Below are positions 53,319-64,000 of a stretch of 64,000 bases of DNA, one piece after another (the stretch's first letter is position 1; each line of letters opens with the position of its first letter). Made by a program: the position numbers and the translations under genes. This DNA is from an uncultured Anaerolineales bacterium (GTDB lineage: Bacteria > Chloroflexota > Anaerolineae > CG2-30-64-16): positions 5,031 to 69,030 of the forward strand of contig CAZELR010000006.1 in assembly GCA_964513075.1 (NCBI GenBank), read 5' to 3'. Below the pieces are notes generated by a model, which ran no database searches, was not told the DNA's origin, and saw only the letters and a list, made by a program, of their open reading frames with translations.

Positions 53319-55187
53319 ATGTACACTGAGGAATCGACCACCGTGCGGAATCCATCTCTGCAAGCCCTATTGGCGGCGCTTATTCTAACCCTACTGACCG
53401 GCTGTGCCGCAAACCGGCCGCCCAGCTCGGACGAAACCGAGAGACGAATTATGACCGCGCTCGCGCAGTCGAGCGCCTTGACACCTGTGGCGGCCACGCC
53501 GCAGACAGCCATAAGCCCTCTACCGCCCACCGCGACCCTTGCGCCGAGTCCTACCATCGCGCCGACAGCTACGGCCACTCCTGAACCACTGCAGCAAACG
53601 GTCAGTGTCAGGGCGCTCCTGGGCGTGCCGGCGGCTGCAACCGAGATCTTAGGGCAACGTCTGGCCAAGGCCGGGGTGCAGGTGGTGCAGGGAGGCGGCG
53701 CAGCCGATCTTGAGCTCGACCCCGCCGACGTCGCGGACGCGCCCCTGGCCTGGGAGCGCATCCTGGTGCCTGTCGATCGGATGTCCTCGGTGCTGGAAGG
53801 CATCACCCTGCAAGAGTTGCGCGACGTATGGTCGGGTGCCGGAGAATCCGAAAACTTTGCCACCATTTACCCCAGCGAGGCAATCCTGTCGGATCTCACC
53901 GCGCTGTTGGGCGAGCCGGGTCCGATGGTGAAACCACAGCCGGCCGAGATGGTCGCGGGCGCGGTCTGGGGCGATCCTATGGGACTAGGCATCGTGCCTT
54001 TCGACGCCTTGACCGTGCGCCTGCGTGCGATCAAGCTGGACGGGCTGTCGGCTATCGACAACCGCTTCAAGCCGGCCGACTGGCCGCTGGCCTCCCGAGC
54101 CTGGCTCGTGGCGGCTACGGATCAGGGCCGCGCAGCGGCAGACCGATTAACCGATACACTGCCGATCACCAACCGCGATGCTGGCAAGCTGACAGTGCTG
54201 GTGATGACGGGTGTCACAGCCATTGCGCGCAACTCCGCGGCGGCTATCGAGCAATCCGGCGACTATGGGTTCCTGGCGCGGCTGGTGGGCCCGGAGCTCG
54301 CCGCGGCTGATCTGACAATCATCAGCAACGAGATCCCGTTCGTGCCCGGCTGCGTGCCGGATAATACGCTGAACAACTTGCTTCTATGCTCTAAACCGGA
54401 GTACTGGCTGAATCTGGAGCTGTCAGGCGTTGATGCGGTGGGGCTGAGCGGCAACCACCAGAACGATTTCGGCTACGCTGCAATGCGCGCTTCGCTGGCC
54501 TTCTACGCCGAAAAGAAGATTCCCGTGTATGGCGGCGGCGCGGATGACAAGGCGGCGCGGCAGCCATTGATCCTGGAGCACAATGGCAACCGGCTCGGCT
54601 TCCTGGCTGCGAACCAATGGGGACCGTTAACTTACTGGAACGGGGCCGGCGAAGAGGTGAGCGCGTGGGCGGGTCCTGACCATCCCGGGTCGGCGCGCTT
54701 TGACCTGGCGCAGATGGTCGCCGACATCCAGGCGTTGAGGCCGCAGGTCGACCTGGTTTTTGCAGAGGTGCAACATACCGAGTTCAACGACGCGGGTGAT
54801 TACCAGAACGAGCCAATCCCCCTGCAAGAAGGCGATTTCCGAACGCTGAGTGACGCTGGCGCGGCCGTCGTGACAGGTGTCATGGCACATGCGCCACAGG
54901 CCATCGAGATTCGGGATGAGGCGGCGATCCTGCAGAATCGTGATCGCTTGCTCCTGTACGGACTGGGCAACCTCTACTTCGATCAAACCTGGAGCTGGCC
55001 CACCCGCACCGGCCTGGTGGCCCGCCACACCATTTACGAAGGCAAGCTGATCAACACCGAACTGCTGGTAACCGTGATCGAGACGAACTTCCAACTGCGT
55101 TGGGCTACACCCGCGGAACGCCAGTCGGTGCTGCGCGCGATTTTCGACGTGAGCCGATGGGGCGCTCAAATAAACGGCGTTCAATGA
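53319..55187 (+). CDS. CapA/PGA_cap metallophosphoesterase-family lipoprotein with N-terminal binding-protein-like region
   Basis: Lipobox LLTGC, P/T linker, ADLTIISNE, LSGNH.ND.G, GV.AHAPQ, LYGLGNLYFDQ. Start may be GTG 53343. Confidence 0.78.
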   Translation: MYTEESTTVRNPSLQALLAALILTLLTGCAANRPPSSDETERRIMTALAQSSALTPVAATPQTAISPLPPTATLAPSPTIAPTATATPEPLQQTVSVRALLGVPAAATEILGQRLAKAGVQVVQGGGAADLELDPADVADAPLAWERILVPVDRMSSVLEGITLQELRDVWSGAGESENFATIYPSEAILSDLTALLGEPGPMVKPQPAEMVAGAVWGDPMGLGIVPFDALTVRLRAIKLDGLSAIDNRFKPADWPLASRAWLVAATDQGRAAADRLTDTLPITNRDAGKLTVLVMTGVTAIARNSAAAIEQSGDYGFLARLVGPELAAADLTIISNEIPFVPGCVPDNTLNNLLLCSKPEYWLNLELSGVDAVGLSGNHQNDFGYAAMRASLAFYAEKKIPVYGGGADDKAARQPLILEHNGNRLGFLAANQWGPLTYWNGAGEEVSAWAGPDHPGSARFDLAQMVADIQALRPQVDLVFAEVQHTEFNDAGDYQNEPIPLQEGDFRTLSDAGAAVVTGVMAHAPQAIEIRDEAAILQNRDRLLLYGLGNLYFDQTWSWPTRTGLVARHTIYEGKLINTELLVTVIETNFQLRWATPAERQSVLRAIFDVSRWGAQINGVQ

Positions 55188-55222
55188 ACTCCGTTTATGG
55201 GAACGCGTAAAGGAGCCGTATA

Positions 55223-56968
55223 TTGCGACGCTTCCTGACTGACAACCAAGAACAACTTCTGAAGGCTGAGCGCGAGCAGCTCGTTGCGCTGCGTACGCCC
55301 CTAGCCAGCCTGGATGCGCCGGACAGTGATATCGCGCTCTTGGAGCGCGCTGTGCTCCAGTTGGATGAGCTTTTTCTGTTGGTGATTGTGGGTGAGTTTA
55401 ACTCCGGCAAGTCTGCATTTATCAATGCGCTGCTGGGCCAACGTTTCCTCACAGAAGGTGTCACCCCCACCACCTCGGCGATCCACATCATCAAGCACGG
55501 TAAAGAAGCCAGCCAAACCACCACTGAACGCGACATGCTTCTGGTCACTTATCCGGTCGAGTGGCTCCGGGACATCAACATCGTGGATACGCCCGGCACC
55601 AACGCGGTCATCCGCCGCCACCAGGAGATTACCGAGGAATTCATACCGCGTGCAGACCTGATCCTATTCGTGACCTCGGCCGACCGACCCTTCAGTGAGA
55701 GTGAGCGGGAGTTCATCACGCGCATCCGTGAATGGGGCAAAAAGGTTGTCTTCATCGTAAACAAAATCGATATCCTGGAGGGGCCAGCCGACGTCCAACA
55801 CGTGACCGAGTTCGTCGCCAAGAACGCGCGGGACCTGATCGGTCGCGCGCCCACGGTGTTCGCCGTGTCAAGCCGGCAGGCCCGCCAGGCTAAGGAAACT
55901 TTCGACGCGGATGAACGCACGCGACTTTGGAATGCGAGCCGTTTTGAGCCGCTGGAAAGCTACATCTTGAAGACGCTGGATGAACGCGAGCGCCTGCGGC
56001 TGAAACTAGCCAGCCCGATCGGCGTCGCCCAACGCTTGGTCGAGCGTTATCTAGAACTGGCCGAGTCGCGCAAGACGCTACTTAAAGAGGATGTGGCCAC
56101 CGTACGCACCATCGACGCGCAGTTGGTGGCGTATGAGGCAGACATGCGCCGCGAATTCAAGTATCACCTGAGCCATGTGGACAACGTGCTCTATAAAATG
56201 TCAGAGCGTGGAAGCGATTTTTTTGACGAGACAATCCGCCTCCAACGCATCTTTGACCTGATGAACGCTGACCGGGTGCGCGGCATGTTCGAACGGGCAG
56301 TGGTTGCTGACACCTCGCAACAAGTCGAGCTGCATACGCGCGATCTGATCGACTGGCTGGTCGACCAGGACTTCCGTCAGTGGCAGGCGGTTACCGATTA
56401 TCTAAATAAACGCATCAGCCGGCACCAGGACAGTGTCGTTGGCCAGGTTGGCGGCACGTTCGAGTCCAACCGCCAGGCGCTGCTGGAGTCGGTAAGCCAG
56501 GCCGCACGTCAGGTAGTGGCCACCTATGATCACACAAGCGAGGCACGGGAGCTAGGGGATTCAGTTCAGCGAGCCGTTGCGCAGACTGCCATTGTGGAAG
56601 TGGGCGCAATCGGCCTTGGCGCGCTGCTCGTGAAGCTGCTGGCTACTACGCTTGCGGATGTGACAGGCGTGCTGGCGGCGGGTGCAGTGGCGGCCCTCGG
56701 CTTTTATGTGATCCCCAATAAACGTCGCCGTGCCAAACAAGATCTGCAGCACAAAATCAACGACCTGCGCAGCCGGCTGACCGCTGCGCTCACCGGGCAG
56801 TTTGAAAGCGAGCTGGAACGTTCACTTTCGCGGATCCGCGCGGCCATGCGGCCCTACACGCGCTTTGTAGAGACCCAACAAGCCACCCTGGGCCAGACCA
56901 CAACCACGTTGCGCGCAGCCGATGAGCATCTGCAAAAACTGACCGCGCAGATCGAGACCGAGGTTTAA
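55223..56968 (+). CDS. Bacterial dynamin-like GTPase
   Basis: Motifs GEFNSGKS, TPTT, VDTPGTN, NKID, VSS; helical stalk with a hydrophobic paddle near the C-terminus. Confidence 0.88.
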   Translation: MRRFLTDNQEQLLKAEREQLVALRTPLASLDAPDSDIALLERAVLQLDELFLLVIVGEFNSGKSAFINALLGQRFLTEGVTPTTSAIHIIKHGKEASQTTTERDMLLVTYPVEWLRDINIVDTPGTNAVIRRHQEITEEFIPRADLILFVTSADRPFSESEREFITRIREWGKKVVFIVNKIDILEGPADVQHVTEFVAKNARDLIGRAPTVFAVSSRQARQAKETFDADERTRLWNASRFEPLESYILKTLDERERLRLKLASPIGVAQRLVERYLELAESRKTLLKEDVATVRTIDAQLVAYEADMRREFKYHLSHVDNVLYKMSERGSDFFDETIRLQRIFDLMNADRVRGMFERAVVADTSQQVELHTRDLIDWLVDQDFRQWQAVTDYLNKRISRHQDSVVGQVGGTFESNRQALLESVSQAARQVVATYDHTSEARELGDSVQRAVAQTAIVEVGAIGLGALLVKLLATTLADVTGVLAAGAVAALGFYVIPNKRRRAKQDLQHKINDLRSRLTAALTGQFESELERSLSRIRAAMRPYTRFVETQQATLGQTTTTLRAADEHLQKLTAQIETEV

Positions 56969-57033
56969 GGTCTGTAACCGAAGAGCTTCGTTCGCATCGG
57001 ATTGCCCAAGATTAGACCCCCCATCGCCTCGGT

Positions 57034-57042
57034 GGTAGAATA
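57034..57042 (+). promoter_or_regulatory. Extended -10 (TGG-TAGAAT) upstream of uvrA
   Basis: GGTGGTAGAAT lies about 37 nt before the uvrA ATG. Confidence 0.5.
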
Positions 57043-57079
57043 ATAAGTCCGGTATTGAATAATTCGTAGGTGCTAACCA

Positions 57080-60000
57080 ATGGGTCAAGACAAGCTGATC
57101 GTGCGCGGGGCGCGCGAGCATAATTTGAAAAACATCGACCTGGAACTGCCGCGGGACCGGATGGTAGTCATCACCGGACTCTCGGGGTCAGGCAAGTCGA
57201 GCCTCGCATTTGACACCATCTACGCCGAAGGACAGCGCCGCTACGTAGAATCGTTGTCTGCGTACGCACGCCAATTTCTGGGCCTGATGGAGAAGCCGGA
57301 CGTCGACCAGATCGAAGGGCTGAGCCCAGCGATCTCCATCGATCAGCGCGGTGCAAGCAGAAACCCGCGCTCTACCGTGGGCACCATCACTGAAATCTAC
57401 GACTATTTGCGCCTGCTATTTGCGCGCATTGGCATCCCCCATTGCCCCCAATGCGGCCGGGTCATCAGCGCACAAACTGTACAACAGATGGTCGATACGC
57501 TCCTGGAGTACCCTGAAGGCAGCCGGCTCATGCTGCTGGCCCCCTTGGTGATGGCCCGCAAGGGAGAACACAAAGGCATTTTTGAGGAGATTCGTAAGGC
57601 CGGCTTCGTGCGTGCGCGTGTCAACGGCGAAATGATCGAGGTAGAGACTGCGCCCGAATTGGACCGCTACAAAAACCACACCATCGAGGCAGTTGTCGAT
57701 CGCCTCGTCATCCGCCACCCCGAACCCGGTCGCGAGGATGCCGAGAAGGCTCGCCTGGCTGACTCAGTAGAGACCGCCCTGCGCCTGGGCAACAGCATCA
57801 TGCTGGTTTCCGACATCAGCGACGCTAACGCGCCGCAAGACCGGCTCTTCTCCGAAAAGTTTGCCTGTCCGACGTGCGGCATCAGCCTGCCGGAAATCGA
57901 GCCGCGCACCTTCTCCTTCAACACCCCACACGGCGCCTGCCCCACCTGCACCGGTCTGGGCAGCATGATGGAATTTGATCCCGATCTGACGCTGGATCCG
58001 GCGCGATCGCTCGCTGATGGAGCCGTCAAGCCCTGGAGCCGCGACACGGCCACCATCTATCATGCGATGCTGGAAGCTATTTCGCAACGCCACCACATCC
58101 CGTTCGATGTGCCGGTGAGCGAGCTCAGCAAGCATCAGCGAGACATCATCCTGTATGGAAGCTCGGAGCGCGAGAGCACGATCTCCATACGTTACGTCAA
58201 CAACGACGGCCACGATCGCTCCTTTCAGACCAACTACGAAGGTGTGATTCCCAACCTCCAGCGACGCTATCGCGAAACGACGTCTGACTACATCCGCAAC
58301 GAACTGGAACGCTACATGACCAGCCGCCCCTGCCCTGCCTGCGAGGGAAAGCGTCTGCGGCCAGAAGCGTTGGCCATCACGATTACCGACCTGAACATCG
58401 ATCAGGTCAGCCACTTCTCTGTGACACGCTCGTTGGCGTGGATCGAGCAACTCGCAGGGATTGAGTCGAACGTAGACGCTCGACCGGCTAACCACATTGA
58501 GCCCGCGACCCGGAGACTCCATATCGGCGCGACCGAGCAGGCGCCATCTGGTTCGCCGCTCTCCCAGCGTGAATACACCATCGCCCGCCAAATCCTAAAG
58601 GAGTTGCACGCCCGCACCCGCTTCCTCACCGACGTCGGCCTGGACTACCTGACCCTGGACCGCATGGCGGCTACCCTTTCTGGCGGCGAGACGCAGCGCA
58701 TCCGCCTGGCGACCCAGATCGGCTCACAACTCGTTGGGGTATTGTATATCCTAGATGAACCCAGCATTGGCTTGCACCAACGTGACAATGCCCGCTTGAT
58801 CCGTACCCTGCTGGACTTACGCGACCTGGGCAACACGGTTCTGGTGATCGAACATGACGAAGAGACCATGCGCGCCGCCGATTGGATTGTGGATTTGGGC
58901 CCGGGAGCAGGAGAGAACGGTGGCTACCTCATCTGTTCCGACTGGACGGACGAGTTTCTCAAGTGTACTGATAGCCTGACGGCCCAATACCTGCGCGGGG
59001 AGAAGCGCATCCAGGTGCCTGCGCTGCGGCGGCCGGGCAACGGGCAGTATCTGATCATCCGCGATGCCACCGAGAATAACCTGAAGCACGTAGATGTACG
59101 GCTGCCCCTGGGCAAGTTTATCTGTGTCACAGGGGTGAGCGGCAGCGGCAAATCGAGCCTGGTCAACGAAGTGCTCTACAAAGCACTGAACACGGCCATG
59201 TACCGCGCCAAGGATCGACCCGGTAAGCATGGCGCCATCGAAGGAATTGAGAACCTGGATAAGGTGGTGGATATCGATCAATCGCCCATCGGCCGCACCC
59301 CGCGCTCGAACCCGGCGACTTATACCAATCTGTTCACTGATATACGGGACCTCTTTGCGGCGCTTCCCGATGCTAAGGTGCGCGGCTACAAGCCGGGACG
59401 TTTCAGCTTCAACGTAAAAGGCGGACGCTGCGAGGCATGCCAGGGCGATGGCATTATCCGGATCGAGATGCAGTTCCTGGCGGATGTTTACGTGCCCTGC
59501 GAGGTGTGCCACGGCAAGCGTTACAATCGCGAAGCGTTGGAGATCAAATACAAGGGCAAGTCCATCGCCGAGGTGCTGGACTTAACGGTGGCCGAGGCAC
59601 TGATCTTCTTCCAGAATATTCCAGGCATCCGCAACAAGCTGACCACTTTGCAAGAAGTCGGCCTTGGCTACATCCGGCTGGGCCAATCGGCTACCACGTT
59701 ATCCGGCGGCGAGGCCCAACGCGTCAAACTCAGCAAAGAACTCAGCCGCCGAGCCACCGGTAGGACCCTGTATATCCTGGATGAGCCGACCACCGGTCTG
59801 CATTTCGATGACATCCAAAACCTGCTCATCGTACTCCAGCGATTGGTTGACCAGGGCAATACGGTGGTCGTCATCGAACACAACCTCGACGTCATCAAAT
59901 GCGCCGATTGGATCGTCGACATGGGGCCGGAAGGAGGTGATGGAGGCGGCTACGTCATTGCAGAGGGCACGCCCGAACATATCCTGCACGTCGAGCGCTC

Positions 60001-60127
60001 AGACACGGGTCAGTTTCTGGGCCACGTGCTGGTCGGCCACGAGGCGATGCAGCCAGGCGATGTGATCGCAGCAAAGGCTAAGCCAGGGGTTGCACCGACG
60101 CCAGATCCGCAGGAGAACGACGCATGA
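57080..60127 (+). CDS. uvrA: Excinuclease ABC subunit A
   Basis: Two ABC ATPase modules ([31 protein letters not shown]) and CxxC zinc modules. Confidence 0.97.
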   Translation: MGQDKLIVRGAREHNLKNIDLELPRDRMVVITGLSGSGKSSLAFDTIYAEGQRRYVESLSAYARQFLGLMEKPDVDQIEGLSPAISIDQRGASRNPRSTVGTITEIYDYLRLLFARIGIPHCPQCGRVISAQTVQQMVDTLLEYPEGSRLMLLAPLVMARKGEHKGIFEEIRKAGFVRARVNGEMIEVETAPELDRYKNHTIEAVVDRLVIRHPEPGREDAEKARLADSVETALRLGNSIMLVSDISDANAPQDRLFSEKFACPTCGISLPEIEPRTFSFNTPHGACPTCTGLGSMMEFDPDLTLDPARSLADGAVKPWSRDTATIYHAMLEAISQRHHIPFDVPVSELSKHQRDIILYGSSERESTISIRYVNNDGHDRSFQTNYEGVIPNLQRRYRETTSDYIRNELERYMTSRPCPACEGKRLRPEALAITITDLNIDQVSHFSVTRSLAWIEQLAGIESNVDARPANHIEPATRRLHIGATEQAPSGSPLSQREYTIARQILKELHARTRFLTDVGLDYLTLDRMAATLSGGETQRIRLATQIGSQLVGVLYILDEPSIGLHQRDNARLIRTLLDLRDLGNTVLVIEHDEETMRAADWIVDLGPGAGENGGYLICSDWTDEFLKCTDSLTAQYLRGEKRIQVPALRRPGNGQYLIIRDATENNLKHVDVRLPLGKFICVTGVSGSGKSSLVNEVLYKALNTAMYRAKDRPGKHGAIEGIENLDKVVDIDQSPIGRTPRSNPATYTNLFTDIRDLFAALPDAKVRGYKPGRFSFNVKGGRCEACQGDGIIRIEMQFLADVYVPCEVCHGKRYNREALEIKYKGKSIAEVLDLTVAEALIFFQNIPGIRNKLTTLQEVGLGYIRLGQSATTLSGGEAQRVKLSKELSRRATGRTLYILDEPTTGLHFDDIQNLLIVLQRLVDQGNTVVVIEHNLDVIKCADWIVDMGPEGGDGGGYVIAEGTPEHILHVERSDTGQFLGHVLVGHEAMQPGDVIAAKAKPGVAPTPDPQENDA

Positions 60128-60158
60128 ACGCCGCCAACTCCTTGCTGCGACAGCCTGC

Positions 60159-61643
60159 ATGACTTCCATGTTGCAGCGGTGTCAAACATTTCGGAGCCCG
60201 GCCTGGGCAATCACAACCATCTGCCTTGCAGCACTGCTGGCAACTTCGGCCAGCGCGCTCTTCGTATTTGAGCGCCTGCCTCACCTGGAAGATGAGGTTG
60301 CCTACCTGTTCCAGGCCAAAACTTTGGCCCTCGGCCGGCTAACCGTACCTAGTCCGGAGCATGCCGAGGCATTTTGGTATCCATTCGTGCTAGACTACCG
60401 GGGACAACGCTTCGGCAAGTACCCGCCTGGGTGGCCGGCCGTGCTGGCAGTAGGAGAGTTGGCGCAGCTTCCCTGGCTGGTGAACCCCGTACTGGCTGCA
60501 CTGGCTCTATACCTCGTTTATCGGCTAGGACGCACGCTCTACGATACACGCACAGGGTTGCTGGCCGCGGCGCTCGGGCTGACCTCGCCGCTGCTGCTCG
60601 TGCTCGGGGGCTCCTATCTGTCGCACCTGGCCAGCATGGTGCTGCTGCTGCTCTTCAGCTTAGGATTTGTGCGGGTCGCACGCGGGGGGAATCGCTGGCT
60701 CGCCTTGGCCAGCGGCGCCAGTTTGGGACTGGCCTTCCTTTGCCGCTCGCTGACCGCCATCGGCTATGCCGCGCCGTTTATCCTTTATGTCCTGATGCAA
60801 ATCGCCCTGCACCGTCAAAGGCACTGGCCCAACTACCTTCTGGTGGCGCTAGGCGGCATTGCGATCGCTGCCTTGCTTCCCCTGTACCAGTGGGCCGTCA
60901 CCGGCGATCCCTGGCTGAACCCGTACCTGCTCTGGTGGCCGTATGACAAGATTGGTTTTGGCCCCGGCATCGGGTGGATGCCAGGCGGACACTCACTCTA
61001 CTACGCATGGCTCAACCTTCGGCAGGACCTGGCCAACACGGCAACCGATGTGTTGGGATGGCCGGGGCTGAGCTGGTTGCCCTTGGGCTTGGCTCTGGCT
61101 CTGCCGCCCCGGCAGCGGCGCGACTGGCTGCTGCTGACACCCTTTGCGGGGTTAGTCATCGCCTACATGTTCTACTGGATCGGATCGCCGATGCGTTTCT
61201 GGGGACCGCGTTACTACTTCGAAAGTTTCAGTGGGCTGTGGATCCTCGCTGCGGCGGGCCTGTCACGCCTCTGGAATCAGCTCCGCACACGGCCGCGATG
61301 GTCTCGTAGTCTGGCTTTAGCAGTTTTCGCGCTGCTGCTAGTGGTGAACTTGGGCGTCAATCTGCCGCCCAGGCTCGCCCAAGCCAAAGGGTTCTACGGC
61401 ATCAGCCGCGACCAATTACGCCCAATCGAAGCGGCGGGAATCCATAATGCGCTGGTGTTTGTCCAGGCTAAGCGCTGGCTGGAGTACGGTGCACTCCTGA
61501 ACCAGATGGGCCCGCTGCTGGCGGACGACGTGCTATACCCACGGAGCGAGAACCTTCAAGCAGACGCGGCCGTAATGCGTTCTTATCCGGAGCGCACGGT
61601 CTTCTATCTGGTGAACGGCGCGCTGGAACCTCTGACAAAATAG
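60159..61643 (+). CDS. GT-C fold glycosyltransferase (family 39 / ArnT-PMT-like)
   Basis: HLEDEVAYLFQA acidic motif in the first loop, KYPPGWP, many TM helices, GPRYYFE. Confidence 0.75.
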   Translation: MTSMLQRCQTFRSPAWAITTICLAALLATSASALFVFERLPHLEDEVAYLFQAKTLALGRLTVPSPEHAEAFWYPFVLDYRGQRFGKYPPGWPAVLAVGELAQLPWLVNPVLAALALYLVYRLGRTLYDTRTGLLAAALGLTSPLLLVLGGSYLSHLASMVLLLLFSLGFVRVARGGNRWLALASGASLGLAFLCRSLTAIGYAAPFILYVLMQIALHRQRHWPNYLLVALGGIAIAALLPLYQWAVTGDPWLNPYLLWWPYDKIGFGPGIGWMPGGHSLYYAWLNLRQDLANTATDVLGWPGLSWLPLGLALALPPRQRRDWLLLTPFAGLVIAYMFYWIGSPMRFWGPRYYFESFSGLWILAAAGLSRLWNQLRTRPRWSRSLALAVFALLLVVNLGVNLPPRLAQAKGFYGISRDQLRPIEAAGIHNALVFVQAKRWLEYGALLNQMGPLLADDVLYPRSENLQADAAVMRSYPERTVFYLVNGALEPLTK

Positions 61644-61720
61644 GCAGATCTTACTTCATCATTTTGCATCACACTCGCACTTGGCTTATACTGACAAAAC
61701 GCTAGAAAGTGAGGCTGGCC

Positions 61721-63415
61721 TTGGAACAGCGTTCGTCCGATCTCAAGGAGTACCTGATCCCGCTCCGGAAGTGGTGGTGGCTGGTCGCAGCCGCTACACT
61801 GGTGGCTACTTTGTCCAGCTTTTTGGCCACGCGTCAACAGCCACCTATCTATCGCACGCACGCCACGGTCATGGTGGGCAGCGCGATCGAGAATCCTAAC
61901 CCCAACGGCAACGAGTTTTGGCTGACCCAACAACTGGCTACCACCTACGCCGACATTGTCCAGCGCGAGCCCGTGCGCAACGGGACGATGACCAAGCTGG
62001 GCTTGACCCGGCTGCCGGAATACACGGCGCGCGTTGTCCCCAGCACCCAACTCGTAGAACTCACGGTGTCCGATTCGGACCCACGGCGTGCCCAAGCAGT
62101 TGCCAACGAGCTGGCAAATCAGCTCATTCTGATCAGCCCTGCCGCGCCTGACAGCGAGGATCAGCAGCGTCAGGCATTCATCAACGCGCAACTCAGCGAA
62201 ATGGAAGCCAACATCCAAGCGACGCAGGACGAAATCAGCCGCAAGCAGATCGACCTAGCCAACATGTTCAGCGCCCGCCAGATAGCGGACACGCAGGCTC
62301 AGATTTCGAGCTTGCAAGCCAAACTGGCTGCCCTGCAGTCCAATTATGCCGCGCTGCTGGCCAACACGCAGAGAGGTGCGCTCAACAGCATCAATATCAT
62401 CGAGCCAGCCGCGCTGCCGACGCTCCCCGTCAACCCAAACAAAGTCGTCATGATCCTGCTTGCTGCTGCCGTCAGTTTCTTGTTGGCCGCGGGCGCGGCC
62501 TATCTGCTGGAATACCTGGATGACACCCTAAAGAATCCGGACGACGTCAAGAAGGTTACCGGCCTCATCACCCTGGGCGCGGTGCCGCAGATCAGCGGTG
62601 TCACGCCAGGCAATGAGGTGGCACTGCTGGCCAGCGGGCAGTCGATTGCGAGCGAGGCGTATCGTATCCTACGCACCAACCTGCAGTTCGCCGGGATCGA
62701 CCGTCCCCTGCGCACCCTGATGATCTCCAGCCCTGCGCCCGGCGAAGGTAAATCATTGACCGCCAGCAATCTGGGCGCTGCGTTTGCACAAACCGGCCAA
62801 CGTGTTCTTCTGGTGGACGCCGACCTCCACCGCCCAAGGTTGCACCGAATCTTTGGCCTGCGCAACAATGTAGGGCTCACCACCGCACTGCTGGAAGTGC
62901 GCCCTGCTGTCGACGGCCTGCTGCAAGAGACTAAGGTGCCCGGGCTTCAGGTGCTGACTTCCGGGCCACTCCCGCCCAATCCGGCTGAGCTGCTCGGTTC
63001 AGCGCGCATGCGCGAGCTTATTCAGACACTTCTGGCGGCCGCCGATATCGTCATCTTCGACACTCCGCCGGTGACAGCACTCTCAGATGCGGCGATCATG
63101 AGCAGCCAAGTGGATGGCGTGTTGATGGTGATGGGCGCAGGCGAGACACGGCGCGAGGTGGCGCGACGGGCTTTGGGTGCGCTGGAGCGCGTCAACGCCC
63201 GCGTAATCGGCGCGCTGCTCAATCGTATGCCGATCCAAAACGGTGGTTACTACTACTACTACTATCAATACGACCATTACAACACCGAAAACCACAGCAA
63301 CGGGCACGATGACGGATCGACAGGCAAGAATCGGCTGAGCAGCAGAAACCGCACCCGCCGGTCCGCAACACAACCGAAACCAACACCTGTCGACCGCAAT
63401 ATGCCACCCAACTAG
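61721..63415 (+). CDS. wzc: Polysaccharide co-polymerase / BY-kinase (Wzc-like)
   Basis: Wzz-type N-terminus, SEAYRILRTNL, P-loop GEGKS, VDADLHRP, DTPP, C-terminal Tyr cluster GGYYYYYYQY. TTG 61721 follows GTGAGG (alternative start GTG 61709). Confidence 0.9.
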   Translation: MEQRSSDLKEYLIPLRKWWWLVAAATLVATLSSFLATRQQPPIYRTHATVMVGSAIENPNPNGNEFWLTQQLATTYADIVQREPVRNGTMTKLGLTRLPEYTARVVPSTQLVELTVSDSDPRRAQAVANELANQLILISPAAPDSEDQQRQAFINAQLSEMEANIQATQDEISRKQIDLANMFSARQIADTQAQISSLQAKLAALQSNYAALLANTQRGALNSINIIEPAALPTLPVNPNKVVMILLAAAVSFLLAAGAAYLLEYLDDTLKNPDDVKKVTGLITLGAVPQISGVTPGNEVALLASGQSIASEAYRILRTNLQFAGIDRPLRTLMISSPAPGEGKSLTASNLGAAFAQTGQRVLLVDADLHRPRLHRIFGLRNNVGLTTALLEVRPAVDGLLQETKVPGLQVLTSGPLPPNPAELLGSARMRELIQTLLAAADIVIFDTPPVTALSDAAIMSSQVDGVLMVMGAGETRREVARRALGALERVNARVIGALLNRMPIQNGGYYYYYYQYDHYNTENHSNGHDDGSTGKNRLSSRNRTRRSATQPKPTPVDRNMPPN

Positions 63416-63421
63416 ACCTGC

Positions 63422-64000
63422 ATGCCAGATCTCCTCTACCCTTTCAAGTGCCGCGCGGCGGCAGCAGTGTCAGCCGATGCGCTGCGGTGGCTGGGCCGCG
63501 CCCTCTCTGAAGACGGACTGCCCTGGGACGCGGATTCACTGCCGGCCGATGCCTGGGATCAAGTTCTTACCGCCGCAGAGGCACACCAGCTTGCCCCGCT
63601 GCTGTACACCGTGCTCCGCGGCCGGTCCGACTGCAGTCCCGGCCCGCAATTGGTCGCGTTGAAGGATGCATTTCAACGCAGCGCCACTCGCACCCTACAG
63701 ATGGAGCTCGAGTTGCGGGGCATCCTCGCCGCGCTGGCCGCAGTAGACCCTGCCTGCCCTTGCCTGCTGCTGAAGGGCGCTGCACTGGGCCGCACCGTCT
63801 ACGCCAGCCCTGCTGAGCGCCCGATCGGCGACTTGGACCTGCTAGTGCCGCGGTCAACCCTGGCAACCGCGGGCGAGGCCCTGATCGGCCAGGGGTATCG
63901 ACTGCTGAGCCCGCCAGCTACAGGACGACTAGGCCGCGCCCTATACCGCTACCGGGCAGAACTGGCCGCAGTAGGCACGACAGACCAGAACCGGAGCTTG
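63422..64000 (+). CDS. Nucleotidyltransferase family protein (NTP_transf_5-like), partial: runs off the window end
   Basis: Not in the ORF track because it has no stop in the window. My translation from ATG 63422 gives MPDLLYP...LLLKGAALGRTVYASPAERPIGDLDLLVP. Confidence 0.8.
   Translation, partial: MPDLLYPFKCRAAAAVSADALRWLGRALSEDGLPWDADSLPADAWDQVLTAAEAHQLAPLLYTVLRGRSDCSPGPQLVALKDAFQRSATRTLQMELELRGILAALAAVDPACPCLLLKGAALGRTVYASPAERPIGDLDLLVPRSTLATAGEALIGQGYRLLSPPATGRLGRALYRYRAELAAVGTTDQNRSL

Noticed and set aside
56969-57079. LexA box (GAAC-N4-GTTC) upstream of uvrA, and also checked near uvsE and the mutS operon promoter
   Set aside because: Only partial look-alikes were found (CGAAGAGCTTCG; CGAAC-TTGT-GCTA near 52560). 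None matches both half-sites at the right spacing.
58450-58560. About 30-aa insertion in UvrA as a fourth hairpin element
   Set aside because: Only 5-bp stems and no tandem micro-repeats were found. It looks like an ordinary variable loop.
48-64000. Selenoprotein (in-frame TGA read-through), prompted by yqeB
   Set aside because: No ORF shows a TGA at a catalytic Cys position with continued homology. The ferredoxin and DsbA have all their Cys residues.

Overview
64 kb of core-like chromosome from a GC-rich bacterium, most likely Chloroflexota (Anaerolineae-like). That assignment is an inference from gene content and a C-terminal xLPLV-type motif. The window holds about 50 CDS, including yqeB, a GH4-iolB-kdgK-eda hexuronate operon, uvsE, an EF-G paralogue, a deoxynucleoside kinase pair, an ECF sigma/anti-sigma triad, argF-cdaA-cdaR-der, hflX, two ctpA, smpB, mtnP, tex, mutS, uvrA and the start of an EPS locus. 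It also carries tmRNA, several clear sigma70-type and ECF promoters, and two strong terminators. I saw no tRNA, rRNA, CRISPR array, integrase or transposase. The strongest leads are: (1) an intracellular clostripain (C11) + CHAT protease pair placed directly in front of mutS, with recurring (T/S)-R motifs in linkers that may be processing sites, and an orphan Avs1a-like MBL hydrolase carrying the same motif; (2) three micro-repeat hairpin elements sitting in frame inside tex and mutS, all folding better on the + strand; (3) a ~140-nt branched RNA-like structure upstream of ctpA-ctpA-smpB; (4) an EVE/PUA-like + DUF559-like gene coupled to uvsE, whose leader contains a CNG repeat; (5) a probable ATC start for hflX. 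All family calls come from motif recognition; no database search was run.
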